From the IMG/VR virus record IMGVR_UViG_3300002056_000074: a stretch of 64,000 bases of DNA; one strand, 5' to 3'. Position numbers and translations under genes: made by a program. A model generated the notes under the pieces. It worked only from the letters and a program-made list of their open reading frames with translations. It had not been told where the DNA came from and searched no databases. The stretch comes from a virus. Shown in pieces: positions 20,487 through 30,581 of this stretch. How positions within the stretch are numbered: position 1 is the first letter of the stretch; each line of letters opens with the position of its first letter.

Positions 20487-20852
20487 ATGTTAACACCAAT
20501 AACTAAGTTAAAATTAGAATTAAAATCTATAAAAGTAATTATCTCTGATGGAGCTAAAATCAATCCACGATTTAAATATATACTTTTCAAACATCCTGAA
20601 TATCTACAAAAAATAGTAGAAGCCACCTGTTTTCTGAAATATGATGCTCCAATAAAAACTCGAATACAATGTATTATTAAAAATATCGATTATCAACCAC
20701 TATGTAAATTATGTAATAGTCCATGTAAGATGATTACAAGTGGTAGCAAAAATAATAACCAATTTTCGAGTTATTGTAGTAGACGCTGTAGTGGGTTGGA
20801 TTTATTGCCTACTAATATTAAGAAATCTGTAGATCCAAATTTGACAACTTAG
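20487..20852 (+). CDS. Small Cys-motif protein (CxxC...YCSxxC)
   Basis: 121-aa ORF with CKLC...YCSRRCS. Confidence 0.55.
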   Translation: MLTPITKLKLELKSIKVIISDGAKINPRFKYILFKHPEYLQKIVEATCFLKYDAPIKTRIQCIIKNIDYQPLCKLCNSPCKMITSGSKNNNQFSSYCSRRCSGLDLLPTNIKKSVDPNLTT

Positions 20853-21579
20853 CAATAGTGTCATATTCAACACCTTGTTGATCCAATTCCGATATTCCAG
20901 CTATGGGATCTAAATTAGTGACTGCACCAACACGCAATCGGATCTCTGCGATATAATTATTTAATATTTGAGCTGGGGCTGAAATATATATTGGAGCCTT
21001 AAAATTTAAAGTGGTTTGAATGATTTTTCGATCAACGCCGGGTATATTATCATCACCAGAAATTCCAGTAAGCTCAATTTCTTTCATTCTCGTCCAATCA
21101 AATGGATCATCTGATGTTTGAATAGATAGTGTAGGATCGAATATCATTAAAATTTGTTCCATTATTTCCCAATGTTGTTCTTGACTTGAACTAAAGATGT
21201 TTAAATCAAAAAACATCCAATAGGGTACTGGCATTACCTGTTGAACGGATCTTATATCATCTGGGAAAGTACCTCCTGATGGCATATATGATGTACTACG
21301 CTCAGTTAATGTACCCTTTCTCAAATCCGGAGCGAGTTCTATTGCTTGAACATGTCCAGCAATCATTGGAAGTCTAATGACTTTATTTTGAGTGTTGTCA
21401 GCTTTAATTGCTGCAACCACCCGGCTTGAGCTTCCCGACTTCACCATTACATCAATGAACCGATTATCTAATTCATTAGTTTTTCCTGATGTTACCTTAA
21501 TACTAGTAAATATCGCCAAGAATTGAACCAACAATCGCTTAAATTGGGCATCGTAATAATATTCTAAATCCTTTTTCAT
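20818..21579 (-). CDS. gp15: Tail sheath stabiliser/terminator (gp15-like)
   Basis: YYYD.Q.KR....F...F, MPVPY...F.L.I, EQIL..F.P motifs; synteny. Confidence 0.85.
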   Translation of the reverse strand: MKKDLEYYYDAQFKRLLVQFLAIFTSIKVTSGKTNELDNRFIDVMVKSGSSSRVVAAIKADNTQNKVIRLPMIAGHVQAIELAPDLRKGTLTERSTSYMPSGGTFPDDIRSVQQVMPVPYWMFFDLNIFSSSQEQHWEIMEQILMIFDPTLSIQTSDDPFDWTRMKEIELTGISGDDNIPGVDRKIIQTTLNFKAPIYISAPAQILNNYIAEIRLRVGAVTNLDPIAGISELDQQGVEYDTIAKLSNLDLQIS

Positions 21580-23201
21580 GATTTGGTTACTTTTCTTATG
21601 CTAGTATTAGGATTATTTAGATATTCTTGCAATACACGCTTTTTTGAATTGAAGGATGCTCTAGTGTCAGCCTCAATAAACATCCACAATTTTTTAGCAA
21701 AACTATAGCGATGTAGTCTAACAGGCAAGTCATCTGATACCGCCTCATAAGTTAATCTATGATAATCACCATCACTGGGGTTATTGGGGAATTCATCTCC
21801 CTCAGTATAAGGTTCATTGTTTGGTGGTAATCCATCAGAACGAAAATGGTTAAACGCTTCTCTACCTATTTTTTCTATATTATCAGCACCAACGTCCCTA
21901 GCTGCTGATAATTCATCATCCGTCCATTGTCTTATTCCAGATAAATCAACGCCTTTTTCGGGTACGTCAGTTTTTGCAGTCGCCTTAATTTCATCAACTA
22001 CATCACCATGATCTTGGTATACTGGATTTAAACCATCATCACCACCCAACAATCCAAGTGCATCAATTTCTCGTTCATTACTAAGATCACCAAACACATT
22101 TTGAGTCTCTCTAGACGCGAATGCTGGCTGCAATACAACTCTCTGAAGGGTTGGTTGCCATTGTGGTGTAAATCCCTCAGAAGCCCACATAGTATCAACG
22201 ACTTCCATATAACGCTCAATAGGTTCAAGTGTGGCTGAGTATTGAGTCAATGACGGGATTTGTATAATATCTCCAATAATCATTGGTCTACCAAGCGCTG
22301 CAACTACTGCTGAAAAACTGACAGCAATAAATAATGTCTCCGCCGTCATCTGCAAACCAAAACGAGTTAAATCCGTTTGTGTTTCTTGCGAATCATAATA
22401 AATCTTAATAGGTAATGTGCTACTATCATATTCACGATCCCTATTTTCAAGCAAAATCTTATCTTGAATATTTGACTCATCAGTAACTAGATAATTATCT
22501 ATTAATTGGAGTGCCTTAATTCCCCAACTATCTTTATCACCACCATTAAAATTAAGAGGCCGTAGACGCCAAAATGCAGAGGCTGCAGAATCCCTTAATG
22601 CATAGCAATGTAATTCATCATCATCTGGTAGTGTTATAATTTGAACACCCTTCCATACCTTCCCACATAAAGATCTTTCAAGTCTAGCCTTAGTTACCCG
22701 CTCATTTGAGTTTCCCGATTGCTTAACACCAATTGCCTGAATGCGTTTATAAATCCTTGCATCCTCAACTGAATATCTACGGCGTCCTCCCTCGTTTGTT
22801 TGAACGTATCCAAAATCATAACCAATATAAGCGGAGGCAAGAATTGCCTCTTCACCACGTTGGATTGATTTCCATATAGTTTCAAAAATGCTAAATGCGT
22901 TGGCAGCCGGAAAACTTCCTATATCACCATTGGAAATCGGTTTACCAAAGCCTGAAGCATCTACTAATTTCCCCTGCTCATGAACACCCAGCAATTTATA
23001 AACATTGGCATCAGCTGCTGCTATACCCAAACTTTCACTAATAAAGGAATCTATTAGATGAGCATCAGCTGTTTGTTTCGTCAACTGCCAAGGTCTACAA
23101 TTCGCACTCGAAAGTAAAGGGTTATCATTCGAATCACATCCGGGTACTAATGATCCATCATCTTCGTCTGAAAATTTAATGAATGTATCACAAGAAACCA
23201 T
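21576..23201 (-). CDS. Neck protein (gp14-like) with inserted domain
   Basis: ENRDREYD, DLTRFGL, LGRP..GD.I..P motifs; lies between gp13-like and gp15-like genes. Confidence 0.7.
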   Translation of the reverse strand: MVSCDTFIKFSDEDDGSLVPGCDSNDNPLLSSANCRPWQLTKQTADAHLIDSFISESLGIAAADANVYKLLGVHEQGKLVDASGFGKPISNGDIGSFPAANAFSIFETIWKSIQRGEEAILASAYIGYDFGYVQTNEGGRRRYSVEDARIYKRIQAIGVKQSGNSNERVTKARLERSLCGKVWKGVQIITLPDDDELHCYALRDSAASAFWRLRPLNFNGGDKDSWGIKALQLIDNYLVTDESNIQDKILLENRDREYDSSTLPIKIYYDSQETQTDLTRFGLQMTAETLFIAVSFSAVVAALGRPMIIGDIIQIPSLTQYSATLEPIERYMEVVDTMWASEGFTPQWQPTLQRVVLQPAFASRETQNVFGDLSNEREIDALGLLGGDDGLNPVYQDHGDVVDEIKATAKTDVPEKGVDLSGIRQWTDDELSAARDVGADNIEKIGREAFNHFRSDGLPPNNEPYTEGDEFPNNPSDGDYHRLTYEAVSDDLPVRLHRYSFAKKLWMFIEADTRASFNSKKRVLQEYLNNPNTSIRKVTKS

Positions 23202-23431
23202 TATTTTCGTACCTTCTTTAGTTTTCGTTGTGCTATTGCTCTTCGACCATAAATGTTTCCAGTATCAGAGGCTTTCATTAATGCATCACTAATTTCTACC
23301 TTATTGGACACACTACCATAGTCAAACTTTTCTCTGGTGTATATGGGCAGGATCAATTCTTTATGCTTCTTACCGAAGTTTTTTGTAAAATCAATTGCTC
23401 TTTTTTCAGTAATTATTTCATTGAGAGTCAT
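23201..23431 (-). CDS. Small protein with MTLNEIITE N-terminus
   Basis: 76-aa ORF whose stop overlaps the neck gene start. Confidence 0.5.
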   Translation of the reverse strand: MTLNEIITEKRAIDFTKNFGKKHKELILPIYTREKFDYGSVSNKVEISDALMKASDTGNIYGRRAIAQRKLKKVRK

Positions 23432-23456
23432 TAATAATCAACATAATATAAGTATA

Positions 23457-25097
23457 TTATGTATTTATAATCACATACCGCTTTTTTCCACAATCCCATA
23501 TTCTATAAATTTTATTTCGAAAACAATTTTCATATTCACTTTCTTCGGGATTAAAATCATCACTTAATAATTTTTCTAATTGCTTTCTCCTGAAGTTAAA
23601 TTTATGCACTCTTCGCTTTCCTTGGATATATGAATAATCAGGATTGGAAGTATTATCCAGAGTCCATCCAGTTTTTTCATACAAATTACCATTGCTCCAT
23701 CTAAGATCAGCAAAAGAAATAATTTTTTCCCATTTATTATGTTTCCTGAAATAACTGAGTAATTTGGAAAATCCACCAACAACTCTAGCAGATGATGCAT
23801 ACCTACTAAGTGTATATTCAAATTCAGAATTTTTAACAAAAGTCATTACGGCAATCATATTACCTTGTGTGTCGCTAAGTGCATATTCAATCGAGGTTTT
23901 ACTATCGCCCTGTATATGATTGTTATCCAAAAACAATCTCTTACTTTTCTTATTAGGAATATATACTGTGGTGTTTCTGGCAAATATTGTATTTCGATTA
24001 TCACAACCAAGAAGTGATTTTAATTTATTCTTAACTTGATTTGTCTTAAATTCCCACTCATCTTCAAAAATAGTGATCAATTGGATACCTTGCTCCATAC
24101 AAGCATCATATTTTTCACGATGTTTATTTTTATTCATATCAAATTCTTCTGAGTGCCATTTCAATCCACAAAATTCAATCGCAATATTTTTGCTAGGAAT
24201 TAGTATATCCAATTCTTTTCCATTTAAAACAACTCTATTTGATTGCTCTGCATCATCAACAAATTTAGATACGAATTCAAATACTTCAATTTCAGGCTTG
24301 GATGGTCCTACACCGGCACATTTTTTACAGCCATTATGTTTACCAACGATTGCCCACTCTGCCTTTTGTGTAAATCTTCCATGAATAGAACACTCGATTT
24401 CTATAAATTCATCCATATTGACATATTCAGTAGAAATTAGAGTATTGTTTTGTGAAATATCTTTAATAGCCTTTTCAATCACATCTAAATCTAGTTTCCC
24501 AGTAGGTGAACATTTGGGGCATGATCCGCAATCACTATTCAAATGATTTACCATATTAGTTTCAAATTCACCATGTCCATCTTTTTTGCAAATCAATTTG
24601 ACTCTTTGGGACTTATTTTTATAGTCTTTTATCAGTGAATAATCAAATTGATCACCATGTCTTTTCTTTGACTCTAAAATAACATCATCCATTGTATAAT
24701 TATATTTTCCCGAACATTTAGAACATCCAGAGTTCATAAAAATGTGGCTTTTTGCTAGAACTTTATGTTCTCCATGAACTGGGCACAAAATAGTAATCAT
24801 TGATTTAGTAGATTTATATTCTGCGTGAATATACGGATATTCATATTGTCCATGAACAACGTTTGCCTTGGATAGAAAATCATCCACGGACATTTTCTTA
24901 GCGCCATTGCCATTGCATTTTGGGCACCCTTGGCCACACTTATGTGCATTTGGTGTTTGGAAGAATTCGCCATGAATGCTACATATTATTTTTCCAAGCA
25001 CTTTACTATTAACATATTTAAATTCTGATAGATCATATCGCCCATTATGGGCCTCTACCATTTCTTTGATATGTTCTTCTTTAGTCTTTCTAGCCAT
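23457..25097 (-). CDS. Zn-finger repeat + nuclease + Mom-like GNAT fusion, copy 4
   Basis: Same architecture; ELDILIPSKNIAIEFCG, SFADLRWSNGNLY, YRIWDCGK. Confidence 0.8.
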   Translation of the reverse strand: MARKTKEEHIKEMVEAHNGRYDLSEFKYVNSKVLGKIICSIHGEFFQTPNAHKCGQGCPKCNGNGAKKMSVDDFLSKANVVHGQYEYPYIHAEYKSTKSMITILCPVHGEHKVLAKSHIFMNSGCSKCSGKYNYTMDDVILESKKRHGDQFDYSLIKDYKNKSQRVKLICKKDGHGEFETNMVNHLNSDCGSCPKCSPTGKLDLDVIEKAIKDISQNNTLISTEYVNMDEFIEIECSIHGRFTQKAEWAIVGKHNGCKKCAGVGPSKPEIEVFEFVSKFVDDAEQSNRVVLNGKELDILIPSKNIAIEFCGLKWHSEEFDMNKNKHREKYDACMEQGIQLITIFEDEWEFKTNQVKNKLKSLLGCDNRNTIFARNTTVYIPNKKSKRLFLDNNHIQGDSKTSIEYALSDTQGNMIAVMTFVKNSEFEYTLSRYASSARVVGGFSKLLSYFRKHNKWEKIISFADLRWSNGNLYEKTGWTLDNTSNPDYSYIQGKRRVHKFNFRRKQLEKLLSDDFNPEESEYENCFRNKIYRIWDCGKKRYVIINT

Positions 25098-25171
25098 TTT
25101 AGTATTAATTTTTTAATATAATAAAAATATTATATACTATATAAATTACTAAAACCGTGAAGTGGTTAAAA

Positions 25172-28100
25172 TTACCCAATCACAAAATCATGAGCACCAT
25201 ACATTTCTGGTCTAGATGCAGTGAAGTTATCTAATTGAGAATAACACTCAGCGAAGTCAGTAGCAGCCTGAGATGCCAATTCTGCAGCATTGAGTGAAAC
25301 TCCTCCCCCACTTCCCGGAAGACTTGCGAATTTTCCTCTAATTTCTGATAATGTCATTCTAGCGCCACCCAATGCAAATCGCTCAATCCATGATTTAACT
25401 AATCGATCCTTTAACAAATCTTGTTCAGTTCGTTCGCAATATGCGTCCAACAAAATTCTTTCATGACGATGGAAATTCTGATGGAAATATATAGTTCGAT
25501 CATTTTCAATAAAATGATAATTGATACGTGTTGCAAACATCAATTCCAATTGCTCAATATATTGTTGTGATAGATGCAATGTAGTCATATCAAATCCACC
25601 AGCAGTAGATGTTCCATATAATTGCTGTGCAAATAATTGATCAAATATTGAGTTGCTACTAAAGCCACCCGAGAATGCTCCTGAGCGGCGGTGTGCACCC
25701 ATAATTCCAACTATTGTATTGAATCCTGCCTTCTTATTAGTCAATTGATATTGTTGAACGCCTGCCCTCACATCCATAGTAAAAAAGCGGCGATCATAGG
25801 CAATATCACTTCTTTTCCGCAATGATTCAAAGGCACCTTGAATAGCAGTATCAAGTTGCTCATCAGTAAGCTCAACCTCTACAACTGGCCAACCTAATTG
25901 AACTCGTATAGAGTGTGCTAATTCTCGGCGCTCATCTGGTGTTCCATCAGTTCCAACACCCAATTGATCATATGATGGTACTGATTCAAGACCATCAGTT
26001 CCTGCAATAGTTGCTTGAACTTGGGCACCTTCCAAGGCATTGAATAGAAAATTTTCTTCAGTTACATTAGAATTTATATATCGTGGCACCCGAAACGGAT
26101 TATCTGTATAAACCTGCTTAAATCCTGCAACGTGGGCATGTAATGGGGAGCCAACTCTAGTTACTGCAGTGCCGTCATATACAGATGGATTATAATCTTG
26201 ACCGGGTACAAGCATTAATAAACTGATGCATGTTCCAGTTTCTCTTGTTTGGAATAGTAAATTGCCACGTTCATCCATATTTGCTTGAACTTTCGGTGTA
26301 GCAGGTACATATTTCTTACCGTCCCACTCATTCAATTGATCATTAACTAAGTCAAACCATAGTGTTCCAACATTATTAACAATAGGTGCAGTGGTATATG
26401 GCTGACTCAACCAGTTAATTCCACTACGCACCATCAATTCATTGGTTGATTCATTGAACCATAATTTTCCAGTAGGCGGTTGACTTGGATCATCTACACT
26501 AAATGTAGGTTCAGACGGTAAATCATTCCATTTTGGTAATTGAATCAATCCAGATTCTGGATTATACCATGCAGGGGCAGCATCTCCATCCGCTATGATG
26601 GTAGGATCACTTGGAAAATCAATATAGTTTTCCGCCTCTTCATAAAAACTTCCATTCCATGTTTTATAAACACTAGGTGTTGTTGAGGTATCCAACCATG
26701 TAGAAACGTTATCAATATCAGAGGCTCTTAATGGATCTTGTGAATCCTGTGTTAACTTAACGACCTCTACCCAACTATTGCGTATAGAACTTCTTTCAAA
26801 TAATCTATCTGATACATCATCCCACCATAACTCACATGAAGTAACTAGAGTAGGATCTTCATTCCATTCAATAACATCGATTTCAATAAATTCATCACCG
26901 TTATATTTGTAAAAAGTATCTTCGGATTCTTTATACCATATTAAATTTGGATAAATGATGGGAGTAACTTCGCCTATGACAAATCCAGTGATTGGTGGTA
27001 AGAGATTCCAATTACCAATAGTTGTGTTTGCGTTTTCATAAACTACTCGCTCACGCATCATCCTATCATCTGGATTAAACCAATAAGTATCAGTGCCTAG
27101 TGCATCTGGCGCAACCTTCCATGTTAATGCTGATGTAGGCTCCCATACAGAATCACTGACGTTATATTTGAATAATTCAGATGTGTCCTCTTTGAACCAA
27201 TATTCACCACAAATTCCCTGTGTAGGTAATGATGGATCATTATCCTGAATAAATGATTGCACATCACACCATGCATTCCCACTCCAACTATAACTTTTTA
27301 ATCCATCAAACCATAGCTCATCACAAGATGGATTAGATGGGTCAGATGTATGAATAATAGTATTAATCTCATCAAAATTTGTTCCATTCCAAATTTTTAA
27401 AATGGGAACACCACCTGATAGATCAACCCAATAAGGTTTGTTTGTTACATCAGTTGGGTCTGTATCTGAAAGGATGACATCATCAACACCCGAATAATTA
27501 GTACCATCATAAACTTGCAGAACCTTATTATTTGGATTCCAATAATATGATCCACTATTGGGTGGTTCACTACTACGTGGTGGATTATCTACTAATGCCA
27601 ACTGTTCATTGATAGCACCAATCATATCTTCATAGGTTTGGCCATCCTCACCATCAATTGAGACTGATACTCTATTACCTTCAAATGAATCATTTGGAAA
27701 ATTTGTATTGAGATCAAAATCAAAAGAATATTCTTTTCCGATTTCAAGGCCAGTTCCATCAGTTGGGGCTGCACCATCACCATCATTTAATACCACTGCA
27801 GCAATACTGGGGGTGTTTGGTTGAGCATCATCTCCGTAGGAATCGGAGTATGTCCTAACGCCATCAGAATGATATTGTAATGAACAATCTACTGCATATA
27901 CTGCTAGGTAATGTGGTCCTTCCCCAATATCATTGATGATGACTGATGTGGTTAATTCCTCGCCTCTAGCTTTTTCATTGGGTTCATAAAAAGCACCAAC
28001 TACTAATGCACCACCAATGCGATCACCGACATGCAAACTTGGATTGGCCGTGGGGTCTGCTTCATATTGAACACCATCTTCTGGTATATTATCTGGTCCC

Positions 28101-28303
28101 ACAGGACTAGTGTGTAGTAATACAACCACACCACAATATGCACTATTGATCGAAGATGCATTGTTGCAACCTGCCAATGGTGTTGGGATGTTCCACTCTA
28201 TGGTTCCTTGGTTTTGTGTGGGTACTGTTGGCATCCAAACTGGAGAGATTTTTTGTCCCTCTATTTTAATTGCACCAGAAACATCAGCGATTCCATCAAA
28301 CAT
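25172..28303 (-). CDS. Neck protein (gp13-like C-terminal domain) with long Trp-repeat N-terminal region
   Basis: C-terminal LG.PVVEVEL...Q, L.E.RGKF.SLPG.GGGVSLN, F.IG terminus typical of gp13; P..G.LW(F/Y)...L..W.G..W repeats upstream. Confidence 0.8.
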   Translation of the reverse strand: MFDGIADVSGAIKIEGQKISPVWMPTVPTQNQGTIEWNIPTPLAGCNNASSINSAYCGVVVLLHTSPVGPDNIPEDGVQYEADPTANPSLHVGDRIGGALVVGAFYEPNEKARGEELTTSVIINDIGEGPHYLAVYAVDCSLQYHSDGVRTYSDSYGDDAQPNTPSIAAVVLNDGDGAAPTDGTGLEIGKEYSFDFDLNTNFPNDSFEGNRVSVSIDGEDGQTYEDMIGAINEQLALVDNPPRSSEPPNSGSYYWNPNNKVLQVYDGTNYSGVDDVILSDTDPTDVTNKPYWVDLSGGVPILKIWNGTNFDEINTIIHTSDPSNPSCDELWFDGLKSYSWSGNAWCDVQSFIQDNDPSLPTQGICGEYWFKEDTSELFKYNVSDSVWEPTSALTWKVAPDALGTDTYWFNPDDRMMRERVVYENANTTIGNWNLLPPITGFVIGEVTPIIYPNLIWYKESEDTFYKYNGDEFIEIDVIEWNEDPTLVTSCELWWDDVSDRLFERSSIRNSWVEVVKLTQDSQDPLRASDIDNVSTWLDTSTTPSVYKTWNGSFYEEAENYIDFPSDPTIIADGDAAPAWYNPESGLIQLPKWNDLPSEPTFSVDDPSQPPTGKLWFNESTNELMVRSGINWLSQPYTTAPIVNNVGTLWFDLVNDQLNEWDGKKYVPATPKVQANMDERGNLLFQTRETGTCISLLMLVPGQDYNPSVYDGTAVTRVGSPLHAHVAGFKQVYTDNPFRVPRYINSNVTEENFLFNALEGAQVQATIAGTDGLESVPSYDQLGVGTDGTPDERRELAHSIRVQLGWPVVEVELTDEQLDTAIQGAFESLRKRSDIAYDRRFFTMDVRAGVQQYQLTNKKAGFNTIVGIMGAHRRSGAFSGGFSSNSIFDQLFAQQLYGTSTAGGFDMTTLHLSQQYIEQLELMFATRINYHFIENDRTIYFHQNFHRHERILLDAYCERTEQDLLKDRLVKSWIERFALGGARMTLSEIRGKFASLPGSGGGVSLNAAELASQAATDFAECYSQLDNFTASRPEMYGAHDFVIG

Positions 28304-28341
28304 GAAAATTACCTTTTAATCATTATTAATGGTATTTAGGT

Positions 28342-28674
28342 TTAATTACTTGATTTATTATCAGTATTGTTGACCAACCATTTTAATAATTTTTTATTAT
28401 TCCACGAAGGAACTTCATTGATATCATCACCATCAATATCCTCAAATGTTATTTCAATGGCTCTTGGCTCACGATGTTCTTCACATAACCACTTAATAAA
28501 TAATTTATTTCTCGGTTTCAGATTTATTTGATGTTTAGAATCATCATATCCAACTGGGATCTTGCAATATTTTTTAACTTCATATTCCAATACAGTCTTT
28601 GGGATATCTTGTGCAGCGGCGCGCAAACAATCCTTAGATGTTAAATATTCTTTCAATGATAATTTTTTGGACAT
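28342..28674 (-). CDS. Hypothetical late protein
   Basis: 110-aa ORF; TAAATA at 28706-28711; LSLKEYL N-terminus. Confidence 0.6.
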   Translation of the reverse strand: MSKKLSLKEYLTSKDCLRAAAQDIPKTVLEYEVKKYCKIPVGYDDSKHQINLKPRNKLFIKWLCEEHREPRAIEITFEDIDGDDINEVPSWNNKKLLKWLVNNTDNKSSN

Positions 28675-28808
28675 TCACACTAACTCAGAAATTGGTTGTG
28701 ATATATATTTATTGATCAGCTGTGGATTAGTTCACATAAAATTAATTCACTAAATGTTAATTATAATGTATAATACTGTTACTAAAACAATAAAACAGAT
28801 TGATCCCA

Positions 28809-30551
28809 ATGCCTAAGAAATTAACACAAGAAGAATATATTCAGCGATGTGAAGAACTTTATGATAATGGAGAGTTTGATCATTCGTCAGTGGTTTATAC
28901 AAAAGCTCAGGAATTTATATATCCTGTCTGCACTTCCTGTGGTAATAAACAAAAAAGAAAAGCATATAGTCACATTCAGAAAAAATTGAAATGTGGGGAT
29001 TGTGCTGGTAATAAAAAATTAACAGTTGAAGACATAAAAAAGTCTGTCTTTGATATATATGACTCAAATATCACACTTAAATCCTTCACGTCTCATGGCA
29101 ATAAAAGTAAATTTGTAGCAACGTGCAAAAAACATGGAGATTTTAATACCCAATATGTTTTGCTTGTGGGTAGAGAGTCTGGCTGTCCGAAATGTCGTAA
29201 GGAAATTAAACATTCTATCAATGATGAAATTAAATTTCAAAATGAATTAGAATTAGAAAAAATGAAAGAACAAGAGAGGAGTACTCAAAGAGTAGTCACT
29301 CAACGTAAAAACTTAGAAAAGTTTCTAATTAAAGCAAGGGCTACATATCCTGATCGTGATGATATTGAAGTATTGAATTATGTTAATATGAAAACAACCG
29401 CCACATTTGTTTGCCCCAATCACGGTGAATATCAACAAAAACCTAACAATTATCTAAAACATCAAGGCTGTGCTAAATGCAGACCATTAACTAAGTCGCA
29501 AGTTCCGATGACTCTTAATGAATTTATCAGTCGATCTAAAAAAATGCACGGTGATCTATATGAATATGATAAAGCTGTTTATAAAGGATCAACAGAAGCA
29601 ATAACATTATTTTGCAAAAAACATAAAGAATATTTTGATGTTAATGCGGGCAAACATATCGGAAATGGTACTAGAGCTGGGTGCCAAAAGTGTTCAAACA
29701 TATCTCAGACATCAAATGGTGAACTTTCACTAGTCAAATGGTTAAAATCATTAGATATTAAGGTGATTACAAGTAACTATAATATTGTACCACCTAAAGA
29801 AATTGATATATTCCTACCTGATTATAATATAGCCATTGAATTCAATGGGTTATATTGGCACAGTGAAATTAAAGGGAAGTATAGGTACTATCATAAGGAG
29901 AAATATGATGGTTGTAAGGCCCAAGATATACAATTGCTGACTATATTTGAAGATGAATGGGAGACTAGACAAACTCAAGTTAAAAATAAGATTAGACATC
30001 TATTAAATAAATCAAAAAATGATAGCGTATATGGAAGAAAATGTATTATTGATATAGTTGATAGTACATCTAAGAAATCATTTTTCGATGAACATCATAT
30101 TCAGGGCGATGGTCCATCATCGATTAATATTGGTTTATATTTTGATGATAAGTTGGTGGCCTGCATGGGCTTTGTTGCCAATCCTAATAATTCATTTACA
30201 TTAAATCGCTATGCTACATCAACATCAGTTGTTGGTGGGTTTAGTAAACTACTCAAGTATTTCAAACAAAATTATAATTGGACTGAAATAGTATCATTTG
30301 CTGATTGTAGATGGAGTGATGGTGGTTTATATGAGAATAATGGATGGAAGCTAGATAAAATATTAGAGCCAGATTATTCATACCTCTATAGAAATAAAAG
30401 AATGCATAAATTTAATTTCAGAAGAAAGCAACTTGAAAATATGTTGGGTGACGACTTCAATATAGAAGAAAGTGAATATGAAAATTGTACCAGAAATAAA
30501 ATTTATCGTATTTGGGATTGTGGTAAACAACGATATATCATTAACAAATAA
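28809..30551 (+). CDS. Zn-finger repeat + nuclease + Mom-like GNAT fusion, copy 5
   Basis: ATG at 28809 (MPKKLTQEEYI); EIDIFLPDYNIAIEFNGLYWH; SFADCRWSDGGLY; YRIWDCGK. Confidence 0.8.
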   Translation: MPKKLTQEEYIQRCEELYDNGEFDHSSVVYTKAQEFIYPVCTSCGNKQKRKAYSHIQKKLKCGDCAGNKKLTVEDIKKSVFDIYDSNITLKSFTSHGNKSKFVATCKKHGDFNTQYVLLVGRESGCPKCRKEIKHSINDEIKFQNELELEKMKEQERSTQRVVTQRKNLEKFLIKARATYPDRDDIEVLNYVNMKTTATFVCPNHGEYQQKPNNYLKHQGCAKCRPLTKSQVPMTLNEFISRSKKMHGDLYEYDKAVYKGSTEAITLFCKKHKEYFDVNAGKHIGNGTRAGCQKCSNISQTSNGELSLVKWLKSLDIKVITSNYNIVPPKEIDIFLPDYNIAIEFNGLYWHSEIKGKYRYYHKEKYDGCKAQDIQLLTIFEDEWETRQTQVKNKIRHLLNKSKNDSVYGRKCIIDIVDSTSKKSFFDEHHIQGDGPSSINIGLYFDDKLVACMGFVANPNNSFTLNRYATSTSVVGGFSKLLKYFKQNYNWTEIVSFADCRWSDGGLYENNGWKLDKILEPDYSYLYRNKRMHKFNFRRKQLENMLGDDFNIEESEYENCTRNKIYRIWDCGKQRYIINK

Positions 30552-30553
30552 AG

Positions 30554-30581
30554 AAGTGTAAATAAAAAAGTGTAAATAAAA
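30554..30581 (+). repeat. Tandem 14-bp direct repeat, each copy with TAAATA
   Basis: aagtgtaaataaaa x2 directly upstream of the HNH gene. Confidence 0.7.
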
